From Octopus sinensis (lineage: Eukaryota), in assembly GCF_006345805.1 (NCBI RefSeq), contig NC_042999.1:65596001-65660000 (forward strand): 64,000 nt of DNA, written 5' to 3'. Numbering within the stretch: the first letter of the stretch is position 1; each line of letters opens with the position of its first letter. The position numbers and the translations under genes were made by a program. Shown piece after piece: positions 25,066 to 38,022 of this stretch. The notes beneath the pieces are model-generated. The model was given only the letters and a program-made list of their open reading frames with translations, did no database searches and was not told the origin of the DNA.

Positions 25066-25959
25066 ACGGGCAAATTATATATATATATATAAACACACAC
25101 ATCTTGAGCACAACGAGCCAAAACTGCAAAGATAATCTGGAACTCGACTGACGAAAGAAAACTCCGAATGGCCCGTCCTTGTTTTTTTATGTCCCTTTTT
25201 GTATCATCCAACTGTCTGGATGTATTGCGTTCTTGTCCCATTCTTTTTATTCTTATTTATATACATATAGCGACGTAGGTACACTTTGGTCTCTCATATG
25301 TAAGTACACACACACACACATATATATATATAAGACGCAAAGTAGCTACTTCTAAGATCTCTAAACGGGATATATTAATAGTGACAATACTAGACAGTAA
25401 CGTTTTTTGCCACTATAACGTGACACTGGAAGCCTGTCTCCTAGAAATGGCAGTCAATCATCCTTACTCACAATATATAAACAGAGAAGCGGTGGAGAGC
25501 CGCTGGTTTCGTAAGGATCAAAGTAGCTAGTTCTAAAATCTCTGCCACCTTTCTGTCTATATATTGTGAGTAGGGACAATTAACTGCCATCTCTAGCAGG
25601 CAGGTGTCTCGTACTGGTGAAGGGTAAAGACGCAGAAAACATGGTCTACTGGTCGTGCCAAGCTGGAGGGAAGTGATTCGCTCCCCTACTCATAATATAT
25701 CGTACAGAGGTTGTGTGGCATTAACCAGTCGGAAAATACGCTTTCCTGGGCTTAAAATGTAGTAACATAGTTCTTTATAGAACAGCCATGTTATAGTGGC
25801 AAACAAACGTTACCGTCTAGTGTTGTTACTACTTATATCTCGTTTAGAGATGGTGTTTTCGGAACTGACTTTCTTGTCTGCTATATATACATATATAATA
25901 ACACACACACACCTTGAAAGGGTTTCAGTCAAACAAATCGACCTTAGGCCTTATCTTAT

Positions 25960-26225
25960 TTTTTTTAAAGGCTGGTACTTGTTCTATCGATCTCTTGCCG
26001 AACCGCTCATTTACGACGTAAACACACGAATATCGATTGCGAAGCGGTGATAGTGAACATAGACACAAAGAAACACGCACGTAGACATACACAAGCGCAC
26101 ACACACATATATATACATATACGACTGGTCTCTTCCAGTCTTCCTCTACCAAACTCGCTCTTATAGTGAGACTGAACCCAGAGCCATGGGGTTGGAAAGC
26201 AAGCTTCTTACCACACAGCCACAGA
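25960..26225 (-). mobile_element. SINE family B, degenerate
   Basis: GCCGAACCGCT...GCTTCTTACCACACAGCC reverse-complement matches. Confidence 0.65.
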
Positions 26226-26636
26226 CATATATTTGTGTGAGTACACAATTATCTCAAGGTTATCCTATTGGGACAGACATATGAGTGCCAGCGTTCCAGA
26301 TATGGTCACATAGTATTTACTCTTTAATTATGTCACTAGTTTCATTTCGAGAACTGCAGCAATGCTGCGGCGGCACTCGTAGTTTATCGATCCATAGAAG
26401 CATTAAACATTTTGACCGTGGGTTTAATTTTTACCTCTTCTCTTCGAAAGTTGTGAGTGAGATTTAAAGAGCAATTTGTTTTATATTTTTAACTGGTCGA
26501 TTGACCTTATTGATGCACTCCAGATCGTCAGATATATACAAGTGTACGTGCTTGCTTACAAATTCATCTGGACATACGTATCTATTTACGTTTTTATACA
26601 GTATACTCACACACACACACAAAAAGGCACACCGAT

Positions 26637-26639
<3 letters not shown>

Positions 26640-26668
<29 letters not shown>

Positions 26669-26950
26669 AATAAACGTATGTATGTATATATAAATAAACG
26701 TATGTATGTATATATATTATATATATATATATATATATAAATAAACATATGTATATATATATATATATATATATAACGTATGTATGTATATATATATATA
26801 TATATAAAAACGTATGTATGTATATATATATAAACGTATGTATGTATATATATATATATATATATATATAAACGTATGTATATTATATATATATATATAT
26901 AAACGTATGTATATATATATATATAAAAACGTATGTATGTGTATATATAT
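26640..26950. repeat. Composite minisatellite AAACGTATGTATG(TA)n
   Basis: The spacer motif ACGTATGTAT recurs several times between (TA)n tracts. Confidence 0.9.
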
Positions 26951-29589
26951 TTTCATAACACCTGTTGTTTTAATTTGTGAGATTTTGTTTATTTCAGTAG
27001 ATTATAATCAAAGGCATTGAAGACTTATTCGTAGTGTATCATATGATAATCCCTTTCATCTCCGTTTTTATTATTATTTTTCGTAAAACAGTGGGGATTT
27101 GAATTGGACGAAATTATGCCGCTCCTTCCAACACGCCGTGGGAAAACAGTGTTTACCCTCTTTGGCTCACTAGAACACATTTCAAACTTTTTAAGTATTT
27201 CCTTTGATTTCAGTTTTATGGCTGCGTCTCGCGTACATTTCGCATAATTCTTCTTCATGAGAAGGAAAGTATATGGTTGGTGTAGCAGCCCTAGTGTCTA
27301 ACACTGACAGGTGGAAAGTAAACGTTGTCACCAGAAGTGTTAAGCTGTCTGTAACCTTGATGCTTTTGTTCTCTAGATAAATAAATAAATAATATATCAG
27401 CCTTCTATCGCCACTTCAAAAGCAATCAGCATTACTCACATCAACTATTTAGAGTAACATTTGTAATTCATAGAATTTTGTATCATTTACTTCAACTCAC
27501 TCTGAAAACATTTTTATTCATTATTTATAACCATAGAGATACCTTTATTGGGCAGAACCATAAATCTAATTTAAAGAATTTTGTCTCTTGCTTATCTGAC
27601 ACTATACAGATTTTTTATATCTTCAATGAAAATTTATCTTCCATGATAGAAATATGTTGGCTATGATAAAAGGAAATAGGGAATTCCGAAGAATATTTTG
27701 CGAATTCGATATAGCTTTGATAATTTCCCAAGACCGAGAGGAATCGGATAAGTTTGAATAAATGCCTCTTTGATGGGAATTATTTAAAAGAAAGAACCGA
27801 TTATATCCGCCGAACAACTATCCACAAAAGGTATAGAAACGTGTTTGATTTGAATCTATCGATCTGGAAGACGAAAGCAACAAAGGGAATATATTTAGTG
27901 ATACAGTCAGCCATGTGTCAATGGCGCTAAACTAGTCAATTTATATTTTAGAGTAAGATTTGATCTTGGTACTGTAGACGAGCAAAAGTACTTGACACTT
28001 TGTAGTGCTGAAGTATTTCTCTGCATATGTTTTCAGCAGAGATTTTCAACGTTGATTATGAAAACAGAAGGCCATTCAACATGATTAATGATGACGTACA
28101 GTAATTACCTCCCACGTTGGGTCTCGGAGAGCAAGATATTCTTATAGTTCTAAAATGAAAGATAGAAAATAGGCTTTATATATAGCAATTTTGTAGCTTC
28201 TGCTTTTGTAATTTAGTCGCACTTTTGTTTTACGAATCATATCAATGAGTTCAAGGATACAAATTAAAAAATTGATAGAGCGCTTGATAAAATGCTTCGT
28301 GTGTCCCAATACACCACGCTTTGCTTTCAAATCCCTCCAATGCCGATTTGCTTTCAGCATTTTGGGGACAATAAAAAGCGCAGGTATTGCCTTGGGGTTA
28401 AGAATTTCGCTCAACAACCGTATGGTTTGTGATTCAGTCCAGTTCTGCAAAACATTGGGCTAGTGTTTTCTACTATACATTCGGGGTAACTAACGCCTCT
28501 TTAGTGGATACTGTTTAATGTTTAAGACTGCAGACATTAAGCAAATTTTTACTTTCATAATTTACGTGAACTTATATTGAAACAAGAGTTGCTACAGAAA
28601 CAATTCTAACTGGTCAATTAAAAATGTGAATACATCTTTCTCTATCTTCTTATGAGGATTATATTTATCTATCTGTCTGCCTTTCTTTCTATCTATCTAT
28701 CTATCTAACTGTATATAATACACACACACAGGCTTTTTCGTTCGTCCTCTTGTGTTTGTTTTTGTACATGTATTTTAATTTTGCAGTCTTATTGTTACGT
28801 CTTGTTTGTGTTCGTACTCATTGTGCCCCGCTGCTTGAAATTTTATTTTAATTCTCTCGCAGGAAGGCCTATTGGATTAGTGTTCTGTTATGCCTTCGAA
28901 ACATGCCTGACTCCTCTAGCGACAGCTGATGACGGGGGTTTTTGTCCTTGTGTAACCTGTCCTGTATTTGGTTTTCGTTTTCCGTTTTCTTGTTTTTTGT
29001 TTTTTGGCTTTTTCTGTTTCTACGTCTTATTGTGATGTCCTGTACTTCCGTATAATTATTTATATATGCATGTATATATACATGTAGATGTAGGTACGTA
29101 CATATATGTTTGTATGTATGCATATATTTTTATTTATCTCCTATATATATATATATATATATATACACGCACTCACGCGTGACTGTGTGGTAAGAAGCTT
29201 GATTACTATATAGCGTTTGTCAGTTGAATTTTTGGTTTTGCAAGTGACACATGTGTTTTACTTTTTTTTTTTGCTGTCTTAGCGGTGCGACATTTTTCTT
29301 TTGTTTTAATGGAGAGGCGTCGGGTGAGGAGTTGCAAAAGTGTGAATTGTTCCTCTTCTGATTTTGTAGACTCTTCTTCTTCAGACATTGTGTCGTCTGA
29401 GGAAGAAATGGAGGAGTGTTTGAAGAAGATGACGAAGTAAGGGAGACGAAGAATTATGTAGAGGTGACGAAAGAAAGAAGCGAAGACATGAGGCTGGAGA
29501 ACGTGAGCAAGTTCACGGAATGGTTAAAAGGGAGGGGAATGAAGTGAAGGTCTCTCCACAAAGGAGTTTTAAAAGAAACAAGTGAGAAG

Positions 29590-30060
29590 ACAATAATTTA
29601 CAGAACGTACACTGTGGCAGCCAGGAAAATTGAGATCATGTCAACGGCTCAAATAGGAAAGGGACTTAAACCAACTCGGCAGGGAAGTACCTACCTCGTT
29701 AGAGGTAGAAAAGTTAGAACAGGGAAGGTGCGGTCTCGGGTGGTAGCTACTGCCAGGCTGAATTCAGCACCACCGCTAAGAACTGATGAAATAGTTCTTC
29801 TACCCGTATACCATGGGAGACGTGCTTCCAGGGTTAGGGTAGAGGATATATCCCCAGAAGTGGATGTAGCCTGGCTGGTAGCAGCCATATTGCTACGCAT
29901 GGGGGAGAAGGTGGTTGTCCTCCAGGCCCTCAGAACACCTCACAGGAACTAGTAAGAACAGAGCCTCGATACAGTGGTACACGTTGCACTGGAAGGTATA
30001 GAAACAGGTGGGGAAACGCGAAGAAAGAGAAAAAAAAGGCACACGCTGTAAAGGACAATC
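29590..30060 (+). pseudogene. L1/Tx1-like ORF1 (gag-like) fragment
   Basis: ORF 29614-29952 LLPVYHGRRASRVRVEDISPEVDVAWLVAAILL continues past two stops (EQSLDTVVHVALEGIE) and is homologous to the 15590 fragment. The clade is inferred. Confidence 0.5.
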
Positions 30061-31194
30061 CCCATCCCAGACAGCTCCTACCCAAATCCACTCTACTCCA
30101 ACCAATCCCTACAGGCACTACCCCTCTCCATGCCCTACCTGACATTAACATAAGCACAAACACACAGGAGACCCAAATTTCCCCACCGTCGCCCTTGGAA
30201 AAATGTTATAATGTACAGTGGAGACAATGCAGAAGTGTATAACGAAATAGACTCGTGGGACAATGTTAAAAAAGTGGGTGTATCAGGCATAAAGGGAATG
30301 CCCGAGTACATTCGTTGTGTAGTGGCAGACCCAGCATACATATCAAGATTAAAGGACTTGGAGGAAAACCATGACTATGTGTCCTGGGTCCAGAAATCGG
30401 ATACCAACTCAACGACTAAGCAAGTAAGTGTTTATGATATTTTAAAGAGGGTCAATGTAAATCTCATTTAAAGGAATGATAATTAGCTGTCGCTAATAAT
30501 TATTATAAAAATGTATTAACAGGTTCCATGAAGTCGCACGGAGGTGGAGCCCATCGGCTTTATTTCATCTTTCATTATATTAATTTATTCTTTCTATTCG
30601 TTTTGTATTTTGTCCCCACCTTGAGCTGTCCCTCCTACGTACAGCCTCTGTGACCAATTTCACAAAATAAAGAAGCTTGCTTCCGGTGTAGCGTTTGTCA
30701 ATTGTATTGTTGGTTTTGCGGTGATGTTTTCCCCTTTTGTTTAATGGAGGGGCGTCGGGTGGGGAGCGGTGAAGGATTGTATTCTTCTTCTTCGGACTTT
30801 CTGTCACCTGAGGAAGAATTGGTGAAATGTCTAGATAGAAGTGGAGACAAAGAGTTACACAGAGGCGGCGAAGGAAATAAAAAAGAAGCAAGTAGTGAAC
30901 AAGCTGCGAGTGACTGGAAATAGGTAAGTGGGACCAAAAGGAAAAGTAAGGGTTCAAACCTGGCGGCTGTATGTCTTTCCTTCAGTTACACATTGCAAAA
31001 TTTGCAATGATCATCAAGTTTATATTGAAAATTTTTTTTTTAAAGAAAAGATGTCATTTTTAACAGCATGACGTATATATTTTATCATTCGAAACTGTTA
31101 AAATCGTAATAAACAAGTTCTTCACTCTCTATGTCAATCTGTCCTTCGTTGTCCCATCTATGTACGGCTTCCATAGCCAGTTTATGAAATAAAG

Positions 31195-31315
31195 AAGCAT
31201 GGTTCCGGGTTCAGTCCCACAGTGTGGCAACTTGGGTGAGTGTCTTTTGCTATAGCCTCGGGCCAACCAAGCCTTGTGAATGGATTTGGTTGACGGAAAC
31301 TAAAAGAAGCCCGTC

Positions 31316-31400
<85 letters not shown>

Positions 31401-31608
31401 TTATGGGTGTCTGTCGGTCGGTACTTGTCCGCCCCTCCCTATCCCTTGACAATCAATGCTGATGTGTTTAAGCTTCGCCGTTCGGCAAAAAAGAGACCAA
31501 TAGAATAAGTACTAGGATTACAAAGAATAAGTCCTGTGGTCGATTCGTTTGACTAGGCGGTGATCCAGCATGGTCGCAGTCAAATGACTGAAACTAGTAA
31601 AAGAGCAT
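31195..31608 (+). mobile_element. SINE family B, near full length
   Basis: Head, (TA)n, body and GGCGGTGATCCAGCATGGTCGCAGTCAAATGACTGAAAC tail. Confidence 0.85.
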
Positions 31609-33458
31609 ATATATATATATATATACAAAATATATAATTATATAATTGTAATGAGGACACTAATGAGTAGCGACACATACTAGAAACAGACGTCGAATTG
31701 TTCTAAGAACTACATTATTTACCATATTGGCATGGGCTGAAAGTGAGGGAAGTGAATAGAAAAGATTTTTAATAAGGAATTAAACATAGGTCGATTTCTC
31801 GTTCAGGTATGTAAGTCCCTTTACTGTCATCAGTATGATACAAGTCAGTGTGTATAAATATAAACATTTATACATACCCATACGAATATATTAAGCGTCC
31901 ACAAATGCATATACAAGTGTTATACAAATGTATACAAGCAAAATCTAATTCGTTCACGTCAGCCACATGCTTATACGATCTAAAAATAAAACCGGAGTGA
32001 ATATATTTATCAAAGTGTTTTATATGTTTATTTATATGTAATTAAGGATAAAATCTTAATAAGTTTTATCAAGTAGCCAGCATGTAATAAATCCATAGAT
32101 ATATCGAACTAGAATATCTGTTCTATACGCCTATTTGTTGCAGGTTAGCTTTCTGGGAAAGATTCTTACATGAAGCCAGGGGGTAGCAAACCCTCGGAGT
32201 CGTGTAGGCAGCAGATTGGCATAAAAACAGAATACATATACTATGTATGTGCGATCGGGCTGTGTGGTAAGATACTTCCTTCCCAACCACACAATTTCGG
32301 GTTCAGTCTAACAGCGTGACACCTTCGGTAAGTGTCTTCTACCATATACTTGGGCCGACCAAAGCCTGTGAGTGGATATGGTAGACGGAAACTGAAGAAG
32401 CGCGTCATATATATATATAATATATATATATATATATTATATATATATATACATTTATGGGTGTCTGTCGGTCGGTACTTGTCCGCCCCTCCCTATCCCT
32501 TGACAATCAATGCTGATGTGTTTAAGCTTCGCCGTTCGGCAAAAAAGAGACCAATAGAATAAGTACTAGGATTACAAAGAATAAGTCCTGTGGTCGATTC
32601 GTTTGACTAGGCGGTGATCCAGCATGGTCGCAGTCAAATGACTGAAACTAGTAAAAGAGCATATATATATATATATATACAAAATATATAATTATATAAT
32701 TGTAATGAGGACACTAATGAGTAGCGACACATACTAGAAACAGACGTCGAATTGTTCTAAGAACTACATTATTTACCATATTGGCATGGGCTGAAAGTGA
32801 GGGAAGTGAATAGAAAAGATTTTTAATAAGGAATTAACATAGGTCGATTTCTCGTTCAGGTATGTAAGTCCCTTTACTGTCATCAGTATGATACAAGTCA
32901 GTGTGTATAAATATAAACATTTATACATACCCATACGAATATATTAAGCGTCCACAAATGCATATACAAGTGTTATACAAATGTATACAAGCAAAATCTA
33001 ATTCGTTCACGTCAGCCACATGCTTATACGATCTAAAAATAAAACCGGAGTGAATATATTTATCAAAGTGTTTTATATGTTTATTTATATGTAATTAAGG
33101 ATAAAATCTTAATAAGTTTTATCAAGTAGCCAGCATGTAATAAATCCATAGATATATCGAACTAGAATATCTGTTCTATACGCCTATTTGTTGCAGGTTA
33201 GCTTTCTGGGAAAGATTCTTACATGAAGCCAGGGGGTAGCAAACCCTCGGAGTCGTGTAGGCAGCAGATTGGCATAAAAACAGAATACATATACTATGTA
33301 TGTGCGATCGGGCTGTGTGGTAAGATACTTCCTTCCCAACCACACAATTTCGGGTTCAGTCTAACAGCGTGACACCTTCGGTAAGTGTCTTCTACCATAT
33401 ACTTGGGCCGACCAAAGCCTTGTGAGTGGATATGGTAGACGGAAACTGAAGAAGCGCG

Positions 33459-33460
<2 letters not shown>
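31398..33460 (+). repeat. Tandem duplication with a 1054 bp period (31398-32406 and 32452-33460)
   Basis: The units look identical apart from two 1-nt indels. Both junctions lie in SINE-internal (TA)n. Confidence 0.95.
32255..32660 (+). mobile_element. Chimeric SINE family B (head of one copy plus tail of another)
   Basis: Its head matches the 33308 head and its tail matches the 31398 tail. Confidence 0.85.
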
Positions 33461-33500
<40 letters not shown>

Positions 33501-33670
33501 GTATGTATGTGTGTGTGTGTGCCTCTGTGCCAGTATTCATCCTCCTCGAGAGCTTGACGACCGATGTTGGTGTGTTTATGCCCCCATAACTTAACTTGAC
33601 GGGAATGCTAATAGAAGCACCAGCCCTTACAAAAATAAGTACCAGTGTTAATTCATCGTCTAAAAAATCT
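33308..33670 (+). mobile_element. SINE family B
   Basis: GGCTGTGTGGTAAG head, (TA)n/(TG)n, and CTTGACGACCGATGTTGGTG body. Confidence 0.8.
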
Positions 33671-36339
33671 TGAAGGCGGCCATCTGCCTCATTGTATCTG
33701 CAGTCTAATAAGTAATGTAATATATATATATATATACATACATGCATACTAGAGGGAAACCACAATAAAAAAAAAGTGGTCTAGCATATGAAAAAACTCA
33801 AGTGAAACATGTATGCGAATAATCCATATTTCTATTACCATTTCTTATGTCTTGCTCGATTACGTTTTGGTTGTTTTGCTAAATTTTTCTTGAGAATATT
33901 TCTAAATGGTAAGACCATAGCGGATCTATTACTAGCATAGGGGTGTCCACATAGTGGTTTCCCTCTAATATGTATATAATACAATTTTACTGAACTATAT
34001 GCTAGACCATTGGTGTGAAATCGATGTTAATTAAATCAATATCCAATTTCTCACCCTCATTTTAAATTTATATATATATATTATTTCATATATAAACTAA
34101 AGAAACTGACTACTTACTTAGAGGGTCTACGTTAAAATCTGTGGTTATATATCGTTGTTAGTATACTTTCGCACTGCAGATAAAAAGAGAATCGAAACAC
34201 ATTTAGTAGGTTAATGAGCCAACAAGGTATTTATTAAAGTGTCCCACGACCTAGTGAGGGCAGTAGACAAATTTCTCTAGCTCAATTACTTCAATACCTA
34301 TTTAATAAAAGTATATTACAGAAATCAGTACTGAAACATTATGATATTGAAAAGAGGAAACAGAAAGAAAAAAAAAGGGGAAAATGATTTTGGTTGAACG
34401 ATCGATAAGATTATTGATATAATGATATATGTTGTGCTGTTATTACATAAACTAATAATCTCCCTAAGTATAATAACATCAGAAATACTTCAAGCAGTAT
34501 ACCGTGTCCCCGCCTCCCCGCGTGCTCCATACAGTATAATATATCACATAATATATTATCTTTGGCATTATATATTAATTTTCGCCTCGGAACTCTTTCA
34601 CATTATACAAAAAGAAAGAAAAAAAAACTATAATAACAGACGTCTGTCACGCTTTCGTATTTCATCTCGCACTACAGTTTCCATAAAAATTGTTTAAAAC
34701 GACATCATCACCAACAAAGACAATTGTAATGAAATCGAACTTGCTTCTTTCGAATGAACAATACTCCTCTCCCCCTTACCGACCCAGTCTTTGCGTGACT
34801 TTTCTTAAAACTTGGGCAAAGGCCAAGATAATTTGCTGTTTCTAGACATATACTCTATAGAGAGTTGCTCGCTGGTCATATTAAATCGCTCAAGTAGCTA
34901 TTTACTGAAACAAGATCAAAGGTTGTTCGCCGTAACCAAGATATAACTGAAGTCTATCAAAGATTGATTGTCAGAAACTATAATTAGTCTCGACATCTCC
35001 AACTTTCTAAAGGCTTCAAGAGGATTTCGGCTTCGATCGTAAAAATGCATTTATAACACGTGTCAGCCAAACATACACTTGGCATTGTGTAATTAATCAT
35101 TAAATAATTAAATACTGAAATACTAAACTAATGAATTAATTCATCAAGGTAATAAAAGAATGTAATAAAATGTAAATACTTAATGAAAGTAATCAATACA
35201 ATTTAGTATTGATTTTTAGAGCATTTCTCATTAAATTAGTTTCGTTTCTGATAATTTTAGGATAGTGATTTGATTTAGTTCTTTGTTTCACAATGTTCTT
35301 AATATCTTTATTATTTATATTGCTACTCATCAAATCTGTTGTTTGAAATTTCTATATAGTTTCGTTTTCGATTTAAAACAATTTAATAGCTTAAAAAAAT
35401 GTAAGTACTATTTACCTTCCATAATTCAGAATTGTCTGAACGTTCACTATAATTTTGCTGGTGAAATTTTATTATTCATGTTATGGTTGTTATTTTCTGT
35501 GTGGTCATATAGCGGAAGTTTTCTATCTTCTCAAATGTTTGGTTTCTTACAGTTGGCACAAAGCCAAGATTTTGCAGAGAAATTTATTCTATTGAATTAA
35601 CACTAATATATTGATGGTACTTACAAACATCAGTAAGATAAATGAATTAATTTCTTCGAATTACCATTGGTACCATTTCAATATTTACTCTCATCCTTCT
35701 CTGTTTTTATTTTTATGATAATATTTCAATTCTTCTTTGGAATGGTGTATTTCGAAGCAAATAATGCTTTAAATAATAATATCAAAATAATGAGTTAAAA
35801 TTCCTTTGGATAGAGGAAGTCGTTGGTGGCCCGTGAGACAGAAAGCTAAATCTCCTGAAGGCAGGACAGATTTAGATCTATCATAGCACTAAAGCTATAT
35901 TTTGAATTTATCATTCTGTTTTAGAAATCTAATTTTTACCAGCGAAAATTAGATGTTGTTAACGCCATAAGAACTTATATCTCGAAGCGAGTAAATACTG
36001 GAAAGAAAATATTAGAAAGTTGTTTTATTTTTCGTGTTTTTGCTTCCGGATAACCGTTTCAAAAAATAATTATTTTGCATTCCCAAAATTATAAATTCTT
36101 ACAGCATTAAATATTATTGTTGACTTTTAGCAAAATGTCAGTGTCCAAAACCAGACGATCTAGGAAACACTCTGAATTCACATCTGAAGAACGCACTGAG
36201 GGATTCGTACTGTCCCTTCTATAAAACTGCATCTTCAAATTTACTTCCATCTTCGCAATATGTTTTGTAAGTTTTGTAAGATGGCACCTTGCTTTCTCCT
36301 AAGTTTTTAAGGTTTCAACCATTACGGGGCTCTTTCAGT

Positions 36340-36470
36340 TTCCATCTACCAAATCCACTCACAAAGCTTTGGTAAGCCCGTGGCTATAGGAGAAAACAAG
36401 GTGCCATGCAATGGGCCTGAACCCGGAACTATGTGGTTGAGAAGCAAGCTTCTTACCAAATAGCTACGCG
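36340..36470 (-). mobile_element. SINE family B head fragment
   Basis: TACCAAATCCACTCACAAAGCTTTGG...GAACTATGTGGTTG reverse-complement match. Confidence 0.7.
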
Positions 36471-36480
36471 TGCGTCTACA

Positions 36481-36526
<46 letters not shown>

Positions 36527-36546
36527 TGTAGACGCACGCGTGGCTA
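36461..36546. repeat. 86 bp near-perfect palindrome centred on (TA)n
   Basis: TAGCTACGCGTGCGTCTACATGCA-(TA)n-TGCATGTAGACGCACGCGTGGCTA, with 1 mismatch. Confidence 0.95.
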
Positions 36547-36994
36547 TTATATATATAATTATAAATTAGGGTATCTACGAGATACCAACATGCTGAAAAT
36601 AGCAGCCATGAACCGACTCAAATCCACCTTAAGTTTTCATATAGCAACATGTAGAAAAGACAGCGACAAGATGAAACTAGTAAAAAAATACTGGATAATA
36701 CTAAATCCCAGATTTCTGACTTTGCAGTAGAATGCACTCAGAATGAAACATAAATACATATATATATATACGAATACTTACATATACGAACGTATACATA
36801 CATATATATGCACGTATGCATCAAGGCTAGTACAAAATGCCCGCTATCTTATCGTTACATATATATATATATATATACTTTATTTAAAGCAGCAGAAAAT
36901 TCAACAAACCCTGTTACTCTGAGTATAAATCTCTTCTACAATGTAACAGATGTTATCAATAAGCATAAATGCTAAGGTAACGATACTGTGGGAT

Positions 36995-37175
36995 GTAATG
37001 CTCCAATGGGATTATGAAATTGAAAGAATATAAAGAGCATAAACATTGAAAGATAGATGAAGTACTTATGGATAAAGAGGAAAATAAACCTGTTATATGG
37101 TGGATATTGCAAGGCCTGGCGATGACAGCGTATCGGAAAGAGAAGGTTAAATATGATTCTTTAAAATGGTACATA
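36995..37175 (+). pseudogene. Decayed restriction-like endonuclease region of an R2/R4/NeSL-type non-LTR element
   Basis: Frame-stitched MLQWDYEI...DEVLMDKEENKPVI.VDIARPGDDSVSERE..KYDSLK resembles the W-D..PD..(I)DIA.P.D..KY pattern. Confidence 0.5.
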
Positions 37176-37525
37176 TAAAGGCTCATCATTGAAAAATGTG
37201 TGTATTGTACGTATTGTTGTTGAAACTTTATCCAGCTGAAAAAGCGTATTGCGAAGACAGACAGATAGATAGATTGATAAACAGATAAATAGTCCAGTGG
37301 CCTGTTACAAAATGAGCCACTGTTTCATCAAACAAGATTCAATCCACCGTAGGTTTTCATTGAGTCGTCTTTTTTCTGAAGTTAATCCAGCAACGGAACA
37401 CAGACAATCGAGGATTCTTTTAAATATATATATATATATATATAATATTAGGGTGTATGGCTCCAATCTTACAGGGAAAAATTAGATTTAGGATTAAATC
37501 AAATTTCACAGTATATATATATAAA

Positions 37526-37740
37526 ATATGAATTAGAGATAAAACCACTATTAGGCAACTCAAACAGTGATAGACAAAAACCAATACATAAATAACAAAT
37601 AATATAAATATAATTAATAGAATATATAAATATATAAAATTTAAAATTTATATTAAAAATTTTTTTTTTAATTTCATATATATATGATATGTCTATCACT
37701 GTTTGAGTTGCCTAATAGTGGTTTTATCTCTAATTCATAT
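37526..37740. repeat. Perfect 51 bp inverted repeat (37526-37576 / 37690-37740) related to the ends of the 45077-47470 element
   Basis: ATATGAATTAGAGATAAAACCACTATTAGGCAACTCAAACAGTGATAGACA and its exact reverse complement. Shares TTAGAGAYAAAACCACTATT with 45077. Confidence 0.9.
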
Positions 37741-37789
37741 TATATATATATACATATATAATGTGCACTTTGCTTTTTCAGGTAAACTA

Positions 37790-37983
37790 TATCCAAGGGA
37801 AAGGCAGGAGCAGATACAGCTTGGCACCTGTGACGTCGCAACTCATTTCTACAGCTGAGTAAACTGGAGCAACGTGAAATATAGTGTCTTGCTCAAGAAC
37901 ACAACATGCAGCCCGGTCCGGGATTCGAACTCACAACCTTACGATTGTAAGCTCGACGCTCTAACCACTGAGCCATGCACCAT

Positions 37984-37986
<3 letters not shown>
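37790..37986 (-). mobile_element. SINE family C variant
   Basis: Reverse-complement head GGCTCAGTGG, B-box GAGTTCGAATCC and GTGTTCTTGAGCAAGACAC core. Confidence 0.8.

Positions 37987-38022
<36 letters not shown>

Noticed and set aside
25148-25175. CTGACGA...GAA motif
   Set aside because: There is no proper stem II, GAAA or stem I pairing.
28142-28463. Overlapping ~70-100 aa ORFs and a KIDRALDKMLRV frame
   Set aside because: I see no recognisable domain, and there is an in-frame stop just upstream with no usable acceptor.
28863-28935. Hammerhead-like pieces GAAGGC...GCCTTC-GAAAC and a downstream CTGATGA
   Set aside because: No CUGANGA precedes the stem, and the later CTGATGA cannot form a consistent type II or III fold. 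At most this is a decayed PLE end.
33750-34012. Short inverted matches TAGAGGGAAACCAC/GTGGTTTCCCTCTA resembling the fold-back termini
   Set aside because: Only 14-16 bp pieces in inconsistent order, with no hammerhead core.
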